Under the pieces are notes generated by a model. That model did no database searches and was not told the origin of the DNA. It saw nothing but the letters and a program-made list of their open reading frames with translations. This document shows, one piece after another, positions 23,546 through 27,009 of a stretch of DNA of 27,009 bases. The stretch comes from a virus (Duplodnaviria; Caudoviricetes). A program made the position numbers and the translations under genes. Numbering within the stretch: position 1 is the first letter of the stretch; each line of letters begins with the position of its first letter. The stretch is from positions 1 through 27,009 of the IMG/VR virus record IMGVR_UViG_3300038314_001433, one strand, 5' to 3'.

Positions 23546-25483
23546 ATGGCAAGTCCAGTACCCATTTCGCCCCAAGCAGGGGACGACAAGATCGTCGGGA
23601 GTGATCTCGCAGGCCAGCTTACGGTCATAAACGCTATTCGGGCCTATCGCGAAGAGAGCGAAACCTCCCGGAGGCAGCGGCTCTTCAAGAATAGGGAGAA
23701 CCGCCAGGCTTATATGGGCCTCCAGGACTGGACGCACAAGCAAAAAGGCCAGAGCGAAGAGTTCGTGCCGAAGGTTCCCGTAGCAGTGGAGCAATTCTCG
23801 GCCTTCGCCAAGCGTGCTTTGACGCAATTCGGCGCGTGGTATGATATTGAGCTGGCTCAGGACTCCCGGTCGCCCCTTAGCGGTGCTAAACTGCGCAACC
23901 TACTGGAGTGCTTCACAGAGGATCTACTCACTAACGACAATATTGTGTCGAGTTTGGCCCTCCAGATCTCCGATGGCATCAAGATGGCCACGATGGAGGC
24001 TGTTTTCGTCATTAAAATCCACGGATCGGTGTTCACCGAGCGGGTGTTTGACATCAAAGAGGAGAAGATGACCGACGAGGAGGCCAATAATTGGCGCCTA
24101 AGGGCCGATCTGGTCCCGTCGGAGAACTATTACCCTGATCCGAGCGGCGAAGGGCTCTATGAGATCCATCGCATTGAGAAAGACCTCTCTTATGTGAAAG
24201 AAAAAGCCGCAGAGGGCATCTACAGCCAGGCCGCGGTCGACCGAATCGTTGAGGACTTCACTAAGAAGGAGTACGACAAGGAAAGGCGGCCTCAGGAGAA
24301 AGGGCACGACTACTCGGCGAAGCCCGGCTTCCGTAAGAAGGTCCAACTCGACGAGTTTTGGGGCACAATCGTGGATGCCTCAGGCAACGTGATCCATCGC
24401 AACGTGTTTTGCACGATCGCCAACGATAAGTACCTAATCCGCGAACCGACGCCCAATCCCTTCTGGCATCAAGAGTCCCCGTTTGTGGTGATCCCCCTTT
24501 TGCGGGTGCCCCTCAGCGTGTGGCACAAAGCCATCATGGATCACGCTTCCCCCTTGAATTTCGCCCTCAACGAAATCTTCAATCTCATGCTGGATGGAGG
24601 CCTCGCCAGTGTGTGGGGGATCAAACAGCTCAGAGCGGGCGCCTTGGAAGACCCGCGCGAAGTAACGGACGGCATCCATCAGGGGCAGACCCTCACAGTG
24701 AATAATACCCTGGCCCCGGGTGAGAAGGTCGTTGAGATTGTGGCCCAAGGCCAGGTGCCGGCCGACGCCCAGATCATGTATGAGAACGTCTCTAGGGAGT
24801 TTGCCGCCGCGGCTTTGTCGAACGAACTCAAGCTGGGTGCGCTCCCTTCCAAGCAGGTGAGGGCCACTGAGATCATTGAGTTAAGCCAGAGTCAGGCCGT
24901 GACCCTCGATGGCATAGTCAGCGACGTGGAGCGCGGCCTCTCTCGGTTGCTGCGCAAATGCCTTCTGGTCTCAATCCAGCATTTGGATGAGGTCCAAGGG
25001 ATTAAGGTCGTAAATGCGGTGGGCCTCCGCGCAGCCTTTGCACTCAGCCAGATAGGCCCCGGTCGCCTCTTTGCAACCCTCGCCGACAACTGCTCGTTCA
25101 AAGTCCACGGACTTAGCGCAACCTTGGCAAAGGCCCGTGACTTCCAGAAGATGGCCGCCTTGATGCAGCTCGTCGCAGCTAATCCCATGATGATGCAGGC
25201 TTTCTTTAGCGAGTTTAGCCCGACCAAGATCCTTAATCACATGATGAAAAGCCTGTCGATCAATCCAGAGCAGATCAAGAAAGACTCTGATGAGATCGAA
25301 CGCAGCGAGATTGTCCTTGAACAGATGGCTAAGCTCCAAGCAATGGCAAGCGGCCAAGGTGGGGGCGGTAACGAAGGCGCAGGTGGGGCAGGCGTCGGGG
25401 CAGACCAAACCGGCGAGGCTTCACTCCCTGCCGAGATCAACCAAGCAAGCAATCCCTTGACGGGACTGGGAGCGGATCAATGA
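23546..25483 (+). CDS. portal protein (podovirus/P22-like)
   Basis: 645 aa after TerL; YYPDP, EFWG, PNPFWH...PFV, ATEI, Gly/Gln-rich tail; GAGGAG SD. Confidence 0.85.
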   Translation: MASPVPISPQAGDDKIVGSDLAGQLTVINAIRAYREESETSRRQRLFKNRENRQAYMGLQDWTHKQKGQSEEFVPKVPVAVEQFSAFAKRALTQFGAWYDIELAQDSRSPLSGAKLRNLLECFTEDLLTNDNIVSSLALQISDGIKMATMEAVFVIKIHGSVFTERVFDIKEEKMTDEEANNWRLRADLVPSENYYPDPSGEGLYEIHRIEKDLSYVKEKAAEGIYSQAAVDRIVEDFTKKEYDKERRPQEKGHDYSAKPGFRKKVQLDEFWGTIVDASGNVIHRNVFCTIANDKYLIREPTPNPFWHQESPFVVIPLLRVPLSVWHKAIMDHASPLNFALNEIFNLMLDGGLASVWGIKQLRAGALEDPREVTDGIHQGQTLTVNNTLAPGEKVVEIVAQGQVPADAQIMYENVSREFAAAALSNELKLGALPSKQVRATEIIELSQSQAVTLDGIVSDVERGLSRLLRKCLLVSIQHLDEVQGIKVVNAVGLRAAFALSQIGPGRLFATLADNCSFKVHGLSATLAKARDFQKMAALMQLVAANPMMMQAFFSEFSPTKILNHMMKSLSINPEQIKKDSDEIERSEIVLEQMAKLQAMASGQGGGGNEGAGGAGVGADQTGEASLPAEINQASNPLTGLGADQ

Positions 25484-25485
25484 GG

Positions 25486-25622
25486 GGCGACGAGCGCATA
25501 ACCCGGGCGGGACGCGATTCACGGGAGTGCCTCGTCGCCAAATGTGGTGCGGGTAGCATCATTTTAGCGGCACTTTTCATGGTTGGTGAGTGGACGAACA
25601 CCCGCAAACTGCTCACCAATCA
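25486..25622 (+). ncRNA. candidate structured RNA (hairpin plus pseudoknot) downstream of portal
   Basis: Stems 25486-25494/25531-25539 and 25580-25593/25609-25622 (three G-U); loop 25600-25606 complementary to 25548-25554. Confidence 0.4.
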
Positions 25623-25640
25623 CTGAAAAAGGTTTAGTAG

Positions 25641-25961
25641 ATGCCCGAAGCTCCTCTTAAATCCTTTCTAAAGCGTAAACCTCGGCGTAAGTTTGACCCA
25701 CTTGGTAGTGGATTTGACATAGACCAAGCTAATGCTTTAGGCTTTCAGAGAGGGCCTCAAGGCCATCTACAAAGCCGAAATCCTCTTACAGGACAGATAC
25801 TTAAGGGGATAAAGCATCCTACGTTTGATCTAGCTCTTGAGACGGATCGTAAATTAGGTTTCTTACCCTATCAGGATCGCCAAACGGGAGCTATTTTTAC
25901 TTTTAAGAAAAATCCTGACCCAAACCGGTTTATCCTCTTCAAACGGAGTCACAAAAAATGA
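25641..25961 (+). CDS. basic hypothetical protein
   Basis: GH.QSRNP.TGQILKG.KHPT; visibly AT-richer than portal; ATGA-type overlap with the next gene. Confidence 0.7.
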   Translation: MPEAPLKSFLKRKPRRKFDPLGSGFDIDQANALGFQRGPQGHLQSRNPLTGQILKGIKHPTFDLALETDRKLGFLPYQDRQTGAIFTFKKNPDPNRFILFKRSHKK

Positions 25962-26257
25962 CCGAATTCACCGACCAGCTAATCAACCAGCTTGAGCAGC
26001 TTAGCACAAACACCCATCTTCCTTTGGAAAAACGCCTGATCGACACCGCGGTCTGGTACCATCGCAATAAGGACCGTATTCCACGTAACGCGGTCGAGAA
26101 GCGCCTAGAGTTCTTGGAAAAAACCTTCGATATATTCCTCGAACTGGTCGCGATGTCCACCGAGCGGATGCAGCTCAACGAAGGCCGGCACAAAAGTGCT
26201 AGCTTATGGCTCCCCAACGGGATGATCGACACAGAAACCGGGAAACGCTATGGCTGA
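25958..26257 (+). CDS. hypothetical protein
   Basis: GGAG SD; coupled at both ends. Confidence 0.75.
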   Translation: MTEFTDQLINQLEQLSTNTHLPLEKRLIDTAVWYHRNKDRIPRNAVEKRLEFLEKTFDIFLELVAMSTERMQLNEGRHKSASLWLPNGMIDTETGKRYG

Positions 26258-27009
26258 GATTGCCCCTCCCACTGATGATTCACCTGCTAGATTTCCTGGC
26301 CCACCCCGGCCTCCAAAACCTAGCCTTCTACGCCGCATCCTAGGTCCCCACTTGGGCAAAAGCGTAGAGAACATCGGCGAACTTGCGACGTTCCTCGGCC
26401 CAGGTCAGGACGTTGCACTTTCTATGGAGGGTAGCCGTCAGATTACCCAGGGCATAGAGAATATGAGCCTCCAAGATATCCTCCTGGGCGCTGGCTCGTC
26501 AATCGCCGGCATCATGGGCGCAGCTATCCCTGGCCCGCCGCCCACTATGTCTCAACAGTTCGCCCGCTCGATTAACCGTCCATATGACTCTCGCTTAATC
26601 GAACGGGCGCTGAGTACTAGACATACGGAAAATAGATCTAAGAGTGCTAACCTTATAGATCAAGTGGAGCCTGACTTTGTCGTTCGATTTACTGGAACTA
26701 CTAGCAATCCGCAATCAAACATAATTCACTTAGGTGAGTCTAATCGGGTAGGTGTCTTAGACCTTCCTGTATTGACTGAGGCTTCTGCCTTTTCTGGAGT
26801 TCGTACTGATATGATAAATCGGGGAGTGAAACAAGCTGTTGATAATCTTGACGAATCAGGGATCTTAGTAGTTAGAGTTAAACAAGGTGCGGGGCGAGAT
26901 GTTATAGCACAAGTAGCGGAGCAGGTATTTGAGGCTGATAATACTATGTCTTTAGAGCACACCGCTGGAACGTTTCTTACAGCCTCAGACATAGCTGAAA
27001 ATTCTGGTG
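26250..27009 (+). CDS. partial hypothetical protein (at least 253 aa), possibly virion-associated or injected
   Basis: ATG 26250 overlaps the previous stop; frame open to the window end (MAEIAPPTDD...); absent from the track because it has no stop. Confidence 0.75.
   Translation, partial: MAEIAPPTDDSPARFPGPPRPPKPSLLRRILGPHLGKSVENIGELATFLGPGQDVALSMEGSRQITQGIENMSLQDILLGAGSSIAGIMGAAIPGPPPTMSQQFARSINRPYDSRLIERALSTRHTENRSKSANLIDQVEPDFVVRFTGTTSNPQSNIIHLGESNRVGVLDLPVLTEASAFSGVRTDMINRGVKQAVDNLDESGILVVRVKQGAGRDVIAQVAEQVFEADNTMSLEHTAGTFLTASDIAENSG

Noticed and set aside
22200-26992. Minus-strand track ORFs within terL, portal and downstream genes
   Set aside because: Antisense shadows of plus-strand genes
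1-27009. tRNA, rRNA, integrase, transposase or stop-codon recoding
   Set aside because: No T-arm or cloverleaf signature noticed, no such enzyme motifs, and genes are intact under the standard code with all three stops used

Overview
The whole window reads as part of a tailed-phage (probably podovirus-type) genome. A long minus-strand operon (17.5 kb down to 1) carries the replication and recombination genes: a DUF3987-type P-loop helicase, a DNA polymerase A split into two genes (UDG + 3'-5' exonuclease + thumb, and palm/fingers with His at the 762 position), a ParB-methyltransferase fusion, DUF669 SSB, Sak4-like ATPase, Cas4/RecB-type exonuclease, class II RNR and dCMP deaminase. Tightly coupled within this operon is a sugar pathway: NeuC-, NeuB- and NeuA-family nonulosonic (sialic-type) acid enzymes, a D-2-hydroxyacid dehydrogenase and an SqdB/SQD1-type UDP-sulfoquinovose synthase. 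This combination suggests a phage-made sulfonated nonulosonic acid, and it is the best candidate for a new system here. A 262-bp spaced palindrome around an AT-rich core (origin candidate) separates this operon from a small plus-strand unit (wHTH protein, TerS candidate). Next come convergent small early-type genes, then TerL, portal and variable downstream genes. Several structured-RNA elements and sub-60-aa zinc-finger ORFs missing from the ORF track were found by reading the sequence. All protein calls are from motif recognition only; no database searches were run.
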